64,000 nt of DNA from Dehalococcoidia bacterium. GTDB taxonomy: Bacteria > Chloroflexota > Dehalococcoidia > Bin125. Made by a program: the position numbers and the translations under genes. Shown here piece after piece: positions 27,657-36,795 of the stretch. The notes beneath the pieces were generated by a model. The model was not told the origin of the DNA, did no database searches, and saw only the letters and a program-made list of their open reading frames with translations. Within the stretch, counting starts at the first letter, position 1; each line of letters opens with the position of its first letter. The stretch spans positions 480,001 to 544,000 of the forward strand of contig OY820591.1 in assembly GCA_963555985.3 (NCBI GenBank), read 5' to 3'.

Positions 27657-29411
27657 CTAAGTCGCCTTGGCGGGATCCGCGACCAGCAGCTCGGCCTCGA
27701 CATCGTCGGCGAGGTTCTCGAGCACCGGGGTCTCGCCCAGACAGCCGTCCTCGACTTGCATGTCGAAGGCGTCGGCGAAGTAACGGTAGGACTGGTACTG
27801 GTCGCCGTACTTCATGTGACCGGCGGTGTGATGGGCGGCCGAGAGCAGCAGCGTGTTGCGCAGCTCGGACGTGGTGCGGCGGTAGTCCTCCAACATGCAG
27901 AGGCCGATCTCCTGGTTGTGGGGGTCGTTGCCCTGCTTGGCGATGCCGTCGGCCAGGGTCTCCACCAGCGGCCCGTCGCCGTAGCCCTGCTTGAGGTAGT
28001 GCTCGACCCAGAAGACCGACTGCTCGCTGTCGAGCGCGAGCATGGCGTCGTTGAGTTCGCCCAGCAGCTTGCCCTGCGACATCGGCGGCGCGTCCTCGTC
28101 CATCGAGTAGCCGGCGAAGTAAGTAACGGCGCCGCGGGTCTTGTTGCCCTTGGAGTTGGTCACCCAGTGGGCGCACTGGTTGATGAAGTTGGCCGCGATG
28201 AAGAGCAGCTTGGTCTTGTGCGGGTGGTCGAAGTGCTGGTAGAACCAGCCGAGCATGTTGGTGTACTCGTAGCCGTGCTGGGGCATCGAGAAGTTGGCGG
28301 GCAGACCGCATTCGAGCACCACGCGCGCGGCCGCGATCTGGATCGCGTCGAGGATCGACTTGGGCGAGCGCCCGGCCTTGAGCAGGGCCACGATGTCCTC
28401 GATATAGGACTCCTCCGGCTCGCGGATGATCGCGCGGATCAGACCCTCGGCTTCGGGCGGGGAGAGCGGGAGTTGGTTGCGGAAGAGTTCGACATCGCGG
28501 GTGGAGTCCGCCGTCGCGTTGAGCGAGGAGGCGGGCGGCTCCTCTTCGAGGTGGTACATCATGATCTGGCAGGCGGACTCGTAGAGCGAGTACCAGCGCG
28601 GGCCGACGGCGAGGTCGGGCACGCCGGCGTAGAGCACGTGCTGGGCGTTGTCCCAGCCGATCGCGCGTCCGAGTTGGATCGTGCTGCGCGCGCGGAAGGA
28701 CTTGTGGCCGGTGGTGTAGGAGCGGTTCCAGAACATTCTGTCCTGCACGTCGATCAGGCCGGCGAACATCAACTGAGCCAGGATCTCTTCGCGCCGCTCG
28801 GGGAACTTGTGCCAGAGGCCGAGGAAGAGTGAGTACTCCTCGTTGACGTGTCCGTACTGGACCAGCGTGAGCCAGTCGTTCAGGCCCTCTTCCAGGGAGC
28901 CGTCGTAGTCGGCCGGCTCCTGCTCGTCCCAGTGCGCGGCGGGCGGGGCGGGGCCGTCGGGGTACTTGGCCGGGTCGTAGGTGCGGCGCGAGTAGTGGCC
29001 CGGCATCCGGCCTTTGAGTTGGTTCCAGATGTCGAGGCCGGTGGGCACGTACCAGGCGGTCTGGCTCAAGGGCAGGTGGCGCAGCTCCTCGGAGACCAGG
29101 TTCTGCAAGCCCAGCGTGGCGCGCGAGGAGAGCAGGCAATGGTCGTTGTTGACGAAGCGGACGACGCCGGCGTCGATCCGCTGGTGGTAGGGCACATGCG
29201 TGTAGGGCGCGTGGGCGCGGATCGTCTCGGAGAGGATCTCGGTGGTCGGGCGTCCGTCCCTGATCAGGTCGAAGGCCTGGTGCAGGGCGGAGGCGTTGTC
29301 GCGCTCGACGACGGTCTCGCGGTAGCGGTCGTAAGCGGCGGCGGTTGTGCGATCCATGTAGGCGGGGGACTTGCCGCTGTCGCCGTTGCCGGATGTCTTG
29401 TGCAGACTCAT
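27657..29411 (-). CDS. Hypothetical 584-aa protein with four His-ending helical repeats
   Basis: Strong GC3 codon bias; GGAG before ATG 29411; no family recognised with confidence. Confidence 0.75.
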   Translation of the reverse strand: MSLHKTSGNGDSGKSPAYMDRTTAAAYDRYRETVVERDNASALHQAFDLIRDGRPTTEILSETIRAHAPYTHVPYHQRIDAGVVRFVNNDHCLLSSRATLGLQNLVSEELRHLPLSQTAWYVPTGLDIWNQLKGRMPGHYSRRTYDPAKYPDGPAPPAAHWDEQEPADYDGSLEEGLNDWLTLVQYGHVNEEYSLFLGLWHKFPERREEILAQLMFAGLIDVQDRMFWNRSYTTGHKSFRARSTIQLGRAIGWDNAQHVLYAGVPDLAVGPRWYSLYESACQIMMYHLEEEPPASSLNATADSTRDVELFRNQLPLSPPEAEGLIRAIIREPEESYIEDIVALLKAGRSPKSILDAIQIAAARVVLECGLPANFSMPQHGYEYTNMLGWFYQHFDHPHKTKLLFIAANFINQCAHWVTNSKGNKTRGAVTYFAGYSMDEDAPPMSQGKLLGELNDAMLALDSEQSVFWVEHYLKQGYGDGPLVETLADGIAKQGNDPHNQEIGLCMLEDYRRTTSELRNTLLLSAAHHTAGHMKYGDQYQSYRYFADAFDMQVEDGCLGETPVLENLADDVEAELLVADPAKAT

Positions 29412-29551
29412 GGAGCGCTCCAGGGACGGGATGCAAAATTGCTGACGCCGGTGGGCAGTATAGGGCGGCCTGATGATCAGACTTGGCGGCTGGTCGTGCT
29501 TTGTGGATTGGCACTCGGGAGCGGGGGCATCTGTGCTGGATGCGGCGTTTT

Positions 29552-29711
29552 CACCCCCTCTGCTTCGGGGCAGCTCCCTCCCCGCCTGCGCGGGGACAGG
29601 CTCTTGAGGGGTAGATTTTGGGGAGGTGGGATGGGGGTTGATAGTGCTCACATCGAGATACCCGCGACGGGGCGCGGGTATGACGGAGTTGTCGAGCGCG
29701 GGTATGACGGA
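29552..29711. repeat. REP-like repeats with nested 23-mer
   Basis: CACCCCCTCTG...CTCCCT[CCCCGCCTGCGCGGGGACAGGCT]CTTGAGGGG and GATACCCGCG..GCGCGGGTATGAC. Confidence 0.75.
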
Positions 29712-29732
29712 AGTGGGTGCGGGAGTGTTTTG

Positions 29733-30659
29733 TTAGCGGACGTTGCGTAGGCGTGGGTCGAAGGCGTCGCGGATGCCGTCTCCGACGAAGTTGAAGGCGA
29801 TCACCATGAGGATGATGGCGGCGGCCGGACCGAGCATCGGCCAGCCGTTACGGCGGATTAGTGTGCGATACGCCTCTGAGACCATGCCTCCCCAGGCTGG
29901 GGTGGGGGGCTGGACGCCGGCGCCGATGAAGCTCAGCCCCGCTTCGACCAGGATGATCCCCGCCGCCGAGAGCGAGGCCAGCACCATGATCGGCGCGACT
30001 GCGTTGGGTAGCAGGTGACGCCACATGATCCGCCACGGCGACGCGCCCAGCGCCCGCGCCGCATCGACATACACGTCGTTTCGGATCGACACCACAATCC
30101 CGCGCGTCAGCCGCGCATATCCGGGCGACCAGACGATCCCGATCACGATCATCGAGTTGGTGATCGATGGCCCGAGCGCACCCGTGACGGCGAGGATCAG
30201 GATCAGGCCGGGCATCGCCATCAGCGCGTCGACGATGCGCATGATGATCAGTTCGTCGAGTTTGCCGCCGATGTAGCCCGAGATCAGGCCGAGCGGGACG
30301 CCGAGCACGATCGCGACCCCGATCGCGGCGAGCACGATCTGCCAGGCGATGCGCGCGCCGTAGAGAGTGCGGCTGAGCACGTCGCGGCCTTGCGCGTCGG
30401 TGCCGAAAATGTGATCCCAGCTGGGCGCTTGGAAGACGGATTCAAGGCGGAGATTGGTGGTGAGGGGGTCGGCTGGTGCGATCAACGGCGCAAAGGCCGC
30501 CACGATGCCGAAGCCGAACAGCAGCAGCCCGCCGATCACGGCGGGTCGATTGCGCACGTAGACGCGGACGATCGGGGCGGCTTCCTGGACCATGCCGAGG
30601 TTTCTGATGCGCTGCCACAGCCCCTGGCGTTCGCCCGTCGTCTCGATGATCGCGGTCAT
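29733..30659 (-). CDS. ABC permease (DppC-like)
   Basis: 'HIFGTDAQGRD', 'YVDAARALGA', 'GDGIRDAFDPR'. Confidence 0.92.
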   Translation of the reverse strand: MTAIIETTGERQGLWQRIRNLGMVQEAAPIVRVYVRNRPAVIGGLLLFGFGIVAAFAPLIAPADPLTTNLRLESVFQAPSWDHIFGTDAQGRDVLSRTLYGARIAWQIVLAAIGVAIVLGVPLGLISGYIGGKLDELIIMRIVDALMAMPGLILILAVTGALGPSITNSMIVIGIVWSPGYARLTRGIVVSIRNDVYVDAARALGASPWRIMWRHLLPNAVAPIMVLASLSAAGIILVEAGLSFIGAGVQPPTPAWGGMVSEAYRTLIRRNGWPMLGPAAAIILMVIAFNFVGDGIRDAFDPRLRNVR

Positions 30660-31618
30660 TCGCTCGCCTCCGCTCCCATGCGGATGCGCGGGTCAAGCAG
30701 CGGATAGGAGAGATCGACGAGGAGGTTGACGGCGATCACGGAGACGGCGAAGAACATCGTCACGTTCTGGACGACGGCGTAATCGCGCTCCTGCACGACC
30801 GCCTCAACGAACAGTCGCCCCATCCCGGGGATGGAGAAGACGGTCTCGGTGATCACCGCGCCCGAGAAGATCAAACCGGCCTGAAAGCCGAAGACCGTGA
30901 CGATCGGGATCAGCGCATTGCGCAGTCCGTGGCGGACGATCACGATCCGCTCGCGCAGCCCCTTCGCCCGCGCGGTGCGGATGTAGTCGTCGGTGAGCAC
31001 ATTGATCATCGCCGAGCGGGTCTGGCGCATCAGCAGAGTGGTTGCGGTCAGCGAGACGGCAATCACAGGCAACGCCATATGTTTCATGTTCTCGGCCGGG
31101 TCTTCCCAGAACGGCACATAGCCGAAGATCGGGAACCAGCCGAGTTGCAGTCCGAGCACGATCACCAGCGCGATGCCGGTGAGGAATTCGGGGATCGAGT
31201 TGCCGACAATCATCAGCGTGCTGGCGCTGACCTCCTTCTTCGAGCCCGGGCGCAAGGCGGAGAGCACGCCCACCGGGATCGCGACCGCGATCACGACGAT
31301 CAGGCTGAGAATGCCTAACTGCATGGTCGCCGGGACGCGGCGCTCGAAGTACTGGTTGATCGAGACCTCGCCGATCAGCGAGGTGCCCAGATCGCCCTGG
31401 AGCGCGTTCCAGATCCAGCGTCCGTAGCGCTCGACCAGCGGCTTGTCGAGGCCGAGGCGGCGCTTGGTCGCTTCAATCAGCTCGGGCGTCGCTTCAACGC
31501 CGAGGATGCCCGCAGCCGGATCGCCCGGGAGGACGTTCATCAGCGCGAAGACGAGCACGCTGATCACCCAGAGGATGAAGAGCGAGGAGATCAGCCGCGT
31601 GGTGACGTAGCGCAGCAT
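30656..31618 (-). CDS. ABC permease (DppB-like)
   Basis: 'PGDPA', 'DYIRTARAKGL...RHGLRNALIP', 'LDPRIR'. Confidence 0.92.
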   Translation of the reverse strand: MLRYVTTRLISSLFILWVISVLVFALMNVLPGDPAAGILGVEATPELIEATKRRLGLDKPLVERYGRWIWNALQGDLGTSLIGEVSINQYFERRVPATMQLGILSLIVVIAVAIPVGVLSALRPGSKKEVSASTLMIVGNSIPEFLTGIALVIVLGLQLGWFPIFGYVPFWEDPAENMKHMALPVIAVSLTATTLLMRQTRSAMINVLTDDYIRTARAKGLRERIVIVRHGLRNALIPIVTVFGFQAGLIFSGAVITETVFSIPGMGRLFVEAVVQERDYAVVQNVTMFFAVSVIAVNLLVDLSYPLLDPRIRMGAEASE

Positions 31619-31639
31619 CGCAGGTCAGGACCTCAATTC

Positions 31640-31664
31640 AGACCTCCCCCAGAGGGGGAGGTCT
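31640..31664. terminator. Hairpin between binding protein and permease genes
   Basis: agacctccccc-aga-gggggaggtct perfect stem. Confidence 0.55.
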
Positions 31665-31690
31665 TGGTCAGGCCAGGCGCGCGCCCCCAA

Positions 31691-33583
31691 TCAGACGTTG
31701 TTGAACCAGATGCCCTTGTAGCTCATGCCCTTGGGGAAGCCGAAGAAGGGGATGATCTCGAAGCCCTCGACGTGCGGTTGGGCGACCCAGTTGGCCGGCC
31801 ACTGCGCGATGTAGGCGGAGAACATGTGCTCCTCTTCGGCCTCGAAGACCTTGGCATAGAGCGGGACGCGAGCGTCCTGACTGGCGGGGATGGCCGCGGC
31901 ATGGACCAACTGCTCGGTGGCGTTGATGTTGGCCAGCACCTGATCGTTGGGGTAATCCGCCGTGCTCGCGCGACCGGTGCGCGGGCCGCCTTCCGGCGAG
32001 CCGTACATCCAGTTCTGCAAGCCCTCGAAGGTCGGACGCAGCACCGGGTCGGGATCGAACGGCGACTCCCACGAGAGCGTCGCGATCGTCCAGTCCTGGG
32101 TCGCCAGCACGCGCGGGATGATCTCCGCCTCCGTGCCCTTGATGTACTCCATCTCCATGCCGACGTTGCGCATCTGCGAGTTGACCGGTTCGGTCACCAC
32201 CGTCTGGAACTCGGCGATGTAGCTCAGGTGGATGCCCTCGATGCCGTCGCCGTAGCCGGCGGCGTCCATCAATTCATGGGCCATCTGCGGGTCGTGACCG
32301 GGGTAGTAGTTCTTGTCCTTGGGCAGCGCCCAGCTTTCGACCGAGACCGGCGCGCGCGAGGGCGCGCCCAGACCTTCCCAGGCGACCTCGTTGATCGCCT
32401 GTCGATCCAGCGCGTGGTTGTAAGCATGGCGCAGACGCGGATCGCGGAAGGCGTTGTAGGGCAGATCACCGGTGGGCGCATTCGGGTTCAGGTTGAACCA
32501 GGTCTGCGTCCAGGTCTGGGCCGTGCCGCGGATCACTTTGCGCCCGTCCGCTTCGAGATCGGCCTGGAGATCCGCGTTGACGCCGCCGGTTGGCGCGTCG
32601 ATGTCGATGTCGCCGTTGAGGAAGGCGTTCCAGGCCGTGTTCTGGTCCGGGATGATGTTCTGCACGAACCCGTCCAGGTGGACATTGTCGTTGTCCCAGT
32701 AGCCGTCCCAGCGCTCGCCGACCCAGCGCTCGCCGGGCTCGTGCACGACGTGCTTGAGGTGGCCCGCCCCGACCGGATTCGTCACAGCCGTGTCGAAGTG
32801 CTCCGGCGAGATCAGCAGCCCGGTACCGGGGAACTGCTGGAAGAAGGCCAGCGTCGGACCGAACGGCTCCGCGTTGACCAGCTTCCAGGTCGCGTCGTCG
32901 GTTGCCTCGAAACCGGCTGCGTACTGGATGCCGCCGCGGTTGCGGGTGCCGCCCGCGAGGTCTTTCACGTCGCGGATGCGCTCCATGTTGAGCTGCACCG
33001 CGTTCGCGTCGACCGGCGCGCCGTCCTGGAAGATCGCACCCTCGCGCATCGTGAAGAGATAGGTGACATCGTCCGGAATCTCGATCGCCGAGGCCAGCAT
33101 CGGGATCACCCGCGCCTGATCGTCGAACCCCAGCAGACGGTCGTAGATATGCACCCAGTAGCCGAGCGCGTCGCCGCCCGTGATCCCGATGTGCGGGTCG
33201 AAGCCGCCCTGCGGGTCCTCGAACCAGCTGTGCTGGAGCGTGCCGCCGCGACGCGGACCGCCGCTCGCCTGAGCCGCCTGTTGCTGTTGCGCCTGCTGTT
33301 CCGCCTGCGCGACCGCAGCCTGCTGCTGCTCCTGCTGCTCCTGCTGCATCGCCTGTTGTTCGGCCTGCTGCTCCGCCTGCTCCTGCTGCATCGCCTGCTG
33401 TTGCTGCGCTTGCTGCTGCTGAGCCTGCGCCGCCGCCGGCTGATCGTCGTCGTCATCGTCGCCGCCGCAGCCGACCAACGCCAAACCCGCCGCGCCGACC
33501 CCGGCCCGCGCCGACGCCTTCAGCAGCGAGCGCCGGCTCATCGACCGACGCCGCATCCGCTGCCAATAGTTCCGCTCGCTCAT
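31691..33583 (-). CDS. ABC substrate-binding protein family 5, Tat lipoprotein with Q-rich linker
   Basis: MSERNYW...SRRSLL...LVGC; 'IYDRLL', 'FQDGAPVDANAV', 'NPVGAG'. Confidence 0.9.
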   Translation of the reverse strand: MSERNYWQRMRRRSMSRRSLLKASARAGVGAAGLALVGCGGDDDDDDQPAAAQAQQQQAQQQQAMQQEQAEQQAEQQAMQQEQQEQQQAAVAQAEQQAQQQQAAQASGGPRRGGTLQHSWFEDPQGGFDPHIGITGGDALGYWVHIYDRLLGFDDQARVIPMLASAIEIPDDVTYLFTMREGAIFQDGAPVDANAVQLNMERIRDVKDLAGGTRNRGGIQYAAGFEATDDATWKLVNAEPFGPTLAFFQQFPGTGLLISPEHFDTAVTNPVGAGHLKHVVHEPGERWVGERWDGYWDNDNVHLDGFVQNIIPDQNTAWNAFLNGDIDIDAPTGGVNADLQADLEADGRKVIRGTAQTWTQTWFNLNPNAPTGDLPYNAFRDPRLRHAYNHALDRQAINEVAWEGLGAPSRAPVSVESWALPKDKNYYPGHDPQMAHELMDAAGYGDGIEGIHLSYIAEFQTVVTEPVNSQMRNVGMEMEYIKGTEAEIIPRVLATQDWTIATLSWESPFDPDPVLRPTFEGLQNWMYGSPEGGPRTGRASTADYPNDQVLANINATEQLVHAAAIPASQDARVPLYAKVFEAEEEHMFSAYIAQWPANWVAQPHVEGFEIIPFFGFPKGMSYKGIWFNNV

Positions 33584-33635
33584 CAAGTACTCGCTCTCTA
33601 CGCCGGCCAGAGACAGCCGGCAGCCCGTTCGGGGC

Positions 33636-33664
33636 AGTATCGCCAGTCAGGATCGGGCTTGCAA
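33636..33664 (-). promoter_or_regulatory. Sigma70-type promoter of binding protein 4 operon
   Basis: TTGCAA-17 nt-GATACT on the minus strand. Confidence 0.6.
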
Positions 33665-33729
33665 CTCTGGTGAGCGGGCGTTGCGCGGATCTCCCGTCCC
33701 CGACTTGATCGGGGATCTGCTCCCAGTAC

Positions 33730-33744
33730 TAACGCAATGCGTTA
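33730..33744. promoter_or_regulatory. Probable HigA operator
   Basis: Perfect palindrome TAACGCA-A-TGCGTTA ending 12 nt before higB and overlapping a TACCAT -10-like hexamer. Confidence 0.6.
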
Positions 33745-33756
33745 CCATCGACTCCA

Positions 33757-34035
33757 GTGAAGCGATTCCGAAACCGCGACACCCAACAGCTCTTCGAAGG
33801 GATTCACGCCCGCCGACTGCCGCCCGACATCCAGCGCCGCGCCAGGATGCGACTACAGAGGGTGGTTGCAGCCGCAGCGCTCCGCGATCTCCGAGTGCCG
33901 CCCTCGCATCGCCTCGAAGCGCTGAGCGGCGATCGCGCCGGCCAGCACAGCATCCGCATCAACGACCAGTGGCGCGTCTGCTTTACCTGGACCAACGAGG
34001 GCGCAATGGAAATCGAAGTCGTCGACTACCACTGA
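33757..34035 (+). CDS. higB: HigB toxin (RelE/ParE family)
   Basis: 'DLRVPPSHRLEALSGDRAGQHSIRINDQWRVCF...EVVDYH'. Confidence 0.93.
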   Translation: MKRFRNRDTQQLFEGIHARRLPPDIQRRARMRLQRVVAAAALRDLRVPPSHRLEALSGDRAGQHSIRINDQWRVCFTWTNEGAMEIEVVDYH

Positions 34036-34045
34036 GGACAGAGCC

Positions 34046-34336
34046 ATGACCACCCCGGAAGCGATCCATCCCGGAGAACATCTCGCCGAGTTCCTGGCAG
34101 AGCTGGGCATCACCCAGTACCGGCTCGCCAAGACCATCGGCGTCCCTCAGGTCCGGATCAGCGATATCGTCCACTGCCGCCGCGCCGTCACCGCTGACAC
34201 AGCTCTGCGTCTTGGCCGCGCGCTCGATATGACGCCCGAATTCTGGCTCAACCTTCAGCGCATGTACGATCTCGACATCGCCCGCGCCACGACCGATCTC
34301 GACCACATCGTCCCCCTCGTCGCAAAGTCAGCCTGA
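34046..34336 (+). CDS. higA: HigA antitoxin (HTH-XRE)
   Basis: 'IHPGEHL...ITQYRLAK...TADTALRL...PEFWLNLQ..YDL'. Confidence 0.93.
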   Translation: MTTPEAIHPGEHLAEFLAELGITQYRLAKTIGVPQVRISDIVHCRRAVTADTALRLGRALDMTPEFWLNLQRMYDLDIARATTDLDHIVPLVAKSA

Positions 34337-34360
34337 AACAACCCAGACCAGTATTCCCCG

Positions 34361-34430
34361 CTCCCCCCTCCGCGGGGGAGACGCCGCAGGCAGAGGGGGG
34401 TTCCCCGTCCCCGACTAGATCGGGGACCCA
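34361..34430. repeat. REP-like hairpins
   Basis: CTCCCCCCTCCGCGGGGGAG..CAGAGGGGG (inverted family copy) and CCCCGACTAGATCGGGG (similar copy at 33698). Confidence 0.6.
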
Positions 34431-34513
34431 CACAACTACGCGCCTGGGTGATACTCTCATTCCACGATTGCTGTCCTAGAAGTGCCGCGGCAGGCACAGG
34501 TGGAGGTGTCAAA

Positions 34514-35524
34514 ATGAGTGCGACAGGATGCGTGATCTGGGGCACGGTCTGCGAGAGTAGCCGACTCGGAGACTCACACCACCTATCGGTGGTTGGATCG
34601 ATCCGTGCCGGAGGAGACTACAAGATTAGCTTGGAAGCCAAAGACTCCGTGCGGTATATCGATGATAAGGCTAAAGCACGTCTGACGACTTGGCTTGTCA
34701 ACCAGCGCAATGCTGGAGTTCACATGCCGCTCATAACGAGTGACATTGTCGAGTCCGTTACGAATTCGCAAGCACTTCTGGTTAGCGACCGTGCTAAGCG
34801 ACTACTTGCCTACTTCGTGCGAGGGACTCAAAGCATCGGGCAACCAATAGATATAGATCTACCGCCGCAGAACGTCTCAGGACTGTCATTGGAGATGATA
34901 CCTAGAGCGAGTAGGCACTTGCATGAGTGCTTGGCATGGACAGAATCGACCATAGCGCAAGAAGTGAAGGCGCTTCTAGGTTTCTTGGAGAAAAGAGGAT
35001 GGTTGAGCCAGGAACACCATCAATACAATAGTCCAGTTTTCGTGACGGTGACCGTCGAAGGCTTCCAACAACATGAGTCCGACCTGATCGATCGTGATTC
35101 CCGTCAAGCGTTCGTAGCGATGTGGTTCAACGACGCGATGAAGGAAGCCTATCTCGAGGGGATCGCACTGGCGATCGAGGAAGCTGGATATAGCGCCATC
35201 CGCGTCGACCAAGAGGAGTACATCGACAAAGTCGACGACAAGATCATTGCAGAGATTCGGCGTTCTCGATTCCTCGTCGCCGACTTCTCCCAAGGCGAGG
35301 ACGGTGCGCGTGGTGGCGTCTATTTCGAAGCTGGATTCGCCCTTGGACTGGGCATTCCGGTGATCTTCACATGCCGCAGTTCGGACATGGATGACGTCCA
35401 CTTCGACACGCGCCAGTACAACCACATCGTCTGGAATTCGTCCGAAGAACTGCGAGAAGCACTGAAGAACCGAATCCTTGCAGTCATCGGCGAAGGCCCA
35501 AACATCTCGCCAACCACTACCTGA
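34514..35524 (+). CDS. Hypothetical protein with C-terminal nucleoside 2-deoxyribosyltransferase/TIR-like domain; candidate defence protein
   Basis: 'AFVAMWF...IRVD...IDKVDDKIIAEIRRSRFLVADFS...GGVYFEAGFALGLGIPVIFTC...HFD'; lower-GC 5' half. Confidence 0.7.
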   Translation: MSATGCVIWGTVCESSRLGDSHHLSVVGSIRAGGDYKISLEAKDSVRYIDDKAKARLTTWLVNQRNAGVHMPLITSDIVESVTNSQALLVSDRAKRLLAYFVRGTQSIGQPIDIDLPPQNVSGLSLEMIPRASRHLHECLAWTESTIAQEVKALLGFLEKRGWLSQEHHQYNSPVFVTVTVEGFQQHESDLIDRDSRQAFVAMWFNDAMKEAYLEGIALAIEEAGYSAIRVDQEEYIDKVDDKIIAEIRRSRFLVADFSQGEDGARGGVYFEAGFALGLGIPVIFTCRSSDMDDVHFDTRQYNHIVWNSSEELREALKNRILAVIGEGPNISPTTT

Positions 35525-35593
35525 GCCCCCAGCCTTTCCCTACACCCTGATACCATCCCGCTAACCGGCGCAGCGGTAGAGGAGGCCGAGCGC

Positions 35594-36265
35594 GTGACCG
35601 CTACTCCCCCCTTCGAGGGCATCTACGACCTGCCCGAGGCCGCCCGCTATCTCAAGGCCTCCGCTTCCGGCTCCGTCGTCTATCCGGTCAGCTCGGCCAA
35701 GATGATCGGCTGGATCCGTCGCGGCGTCGCCTCGCCCGATCTGGTCGATGTCTCGGGTCGCGAGTTGCTGATCGGCTTTGAGGACCTGGTCTCGATGCGC
35801 GTGATCGCCGCCCTGCGCGCTTCCGGCGTCACCTGGCCAGCTATACAGGAAGCCGAACGCTGGCTGCGTCGAGAGACGCAGTCCCAGCGCCCCTTCGCCA
35901 CCGAGACGCTCTGGACCGGTCAGCGCCAGATCTTCGTCGAGTGGCGCAAGCAGCTCATCGCTGCCAGTTCCGCCGGCCAACTCGCCTTCGAGCTGCTGAT
36001 GGACTACCTGCTGCCGGTCAACGATCTCGCGTTCAGCGAAGAGACCCGCATGGCCACGTCGTGGGAACCGAGCAACGGCGTCGTGCTGGAGCCCGCGGTT
36101 CAGTTCGGGGCGCCGTGCATCAAGGGGACGAGGGTTCCGACGCGCACGGTCGCCGGGATGATCGAAGCCGGCGACTCGCCGGAGTACGTGGCGCGAGCCT
36201 ACGAGCAGCCCATCGAAGCCATTGAGGAAGCTTGTGAGTGGGAACGACGCCTCCGAGCTGCCTAA
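35594..36265 (+). CDS. DUF433-domain antitoxin with N-terminal HTH (VapB45-like)
   Basis: 'GIYDLPEAARYL', 'FEDLVSMRVI', 'VQFGAPCIKGTRVPT'. Confidence 0.82.
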   Translation: MTATPPFEGIYDLPEAARYLKASASGSVVYPVSSAKMIGWIRRGVASPDLVDVSGRELLIGFEDLVSMRVIAALRASGVTWPAIQEAERWLRRETQSQRPFATETLWTGQRQIFVEWRKQLIAASSAGQLAFELLMDYLLPVNDLAFSEETRMATSWEPSNGVVLEPAVQFGAPCIKGTRVPTRTVAGMIEAGDSPEYVARAYEQPIEAIEEACEWERRLRAA

Positions 36266-36674
36266 TCCTCAGTTCCTGCTCGACGAATCACTGGACCCCA
36301 ACGTGGCGAAGGCCCTGGCGTTGGTCGGCCATGACATCGTGGACGTGAAGACCGCAATCGATCCGGCCGGGGAGAAGCATCGGATTCTCGACCCCGAGAT
36401 CATCGAGTGGTGTCGCGTGCATGGATCCGTCTGGATACACGCCGACGATCGCGCCCGACGAGAGCACAGAAAACAGTTGCAGACCAGCGGTATCAGGACG
36501 TTGTGGGTTCGCCGACCAGGCGGTCGCATGACCGGCCGCGAGCAGCTACGCATTCTTGCGTTTGTCATCCCCAAGCTGCTCGACAACTACGAGCAGCAGC
36601 CGCGTCGGCGGCACTACCAGACATCGGCAGCCAATCCGCGCTCCACACCGTCCCTCAGACCGGTGGATATATAG
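36234..36674 (+). CDS. PIN-like toxin (DUF5615/VapC45-like); start uncertain
   Basis: 'FLLDESL', 'DPEIIEWC', 'WIHADDR'; overlaps the antitoxin gene. Confidence 0.72.
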   Translation: MSGNDASELPNPQFLLDESLDPNVAKALALVGHDIVDVKTAIDPAGEKHRILDPEIIEWCRVHGSVWIHADDRARREHRKQLQTSGIRTLWVRRPGGRMTGREQLRILAFVIPKLLDNYEQQPRRRHYQTSAANPRSTPSLRPVDI

Positions 36675-36795
36675 TTCGATCGCACGACCATCCTCAACGA
36701 AGCCGACATTGACCGAATCGTCCTCAGATCACAAGCCCCGCCTCGAGCGGATCTTGCGCGACCACGTATCCTTACCCTGCCAACGGAGACCGCCC

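Noticed and set aside
26476-29514. 1012-aa ORF
   Set aside because: Only the last 338 aa are FGE; the rest is an off-frame Arg/Pro-rich shadow of the 27657-29411 gene.
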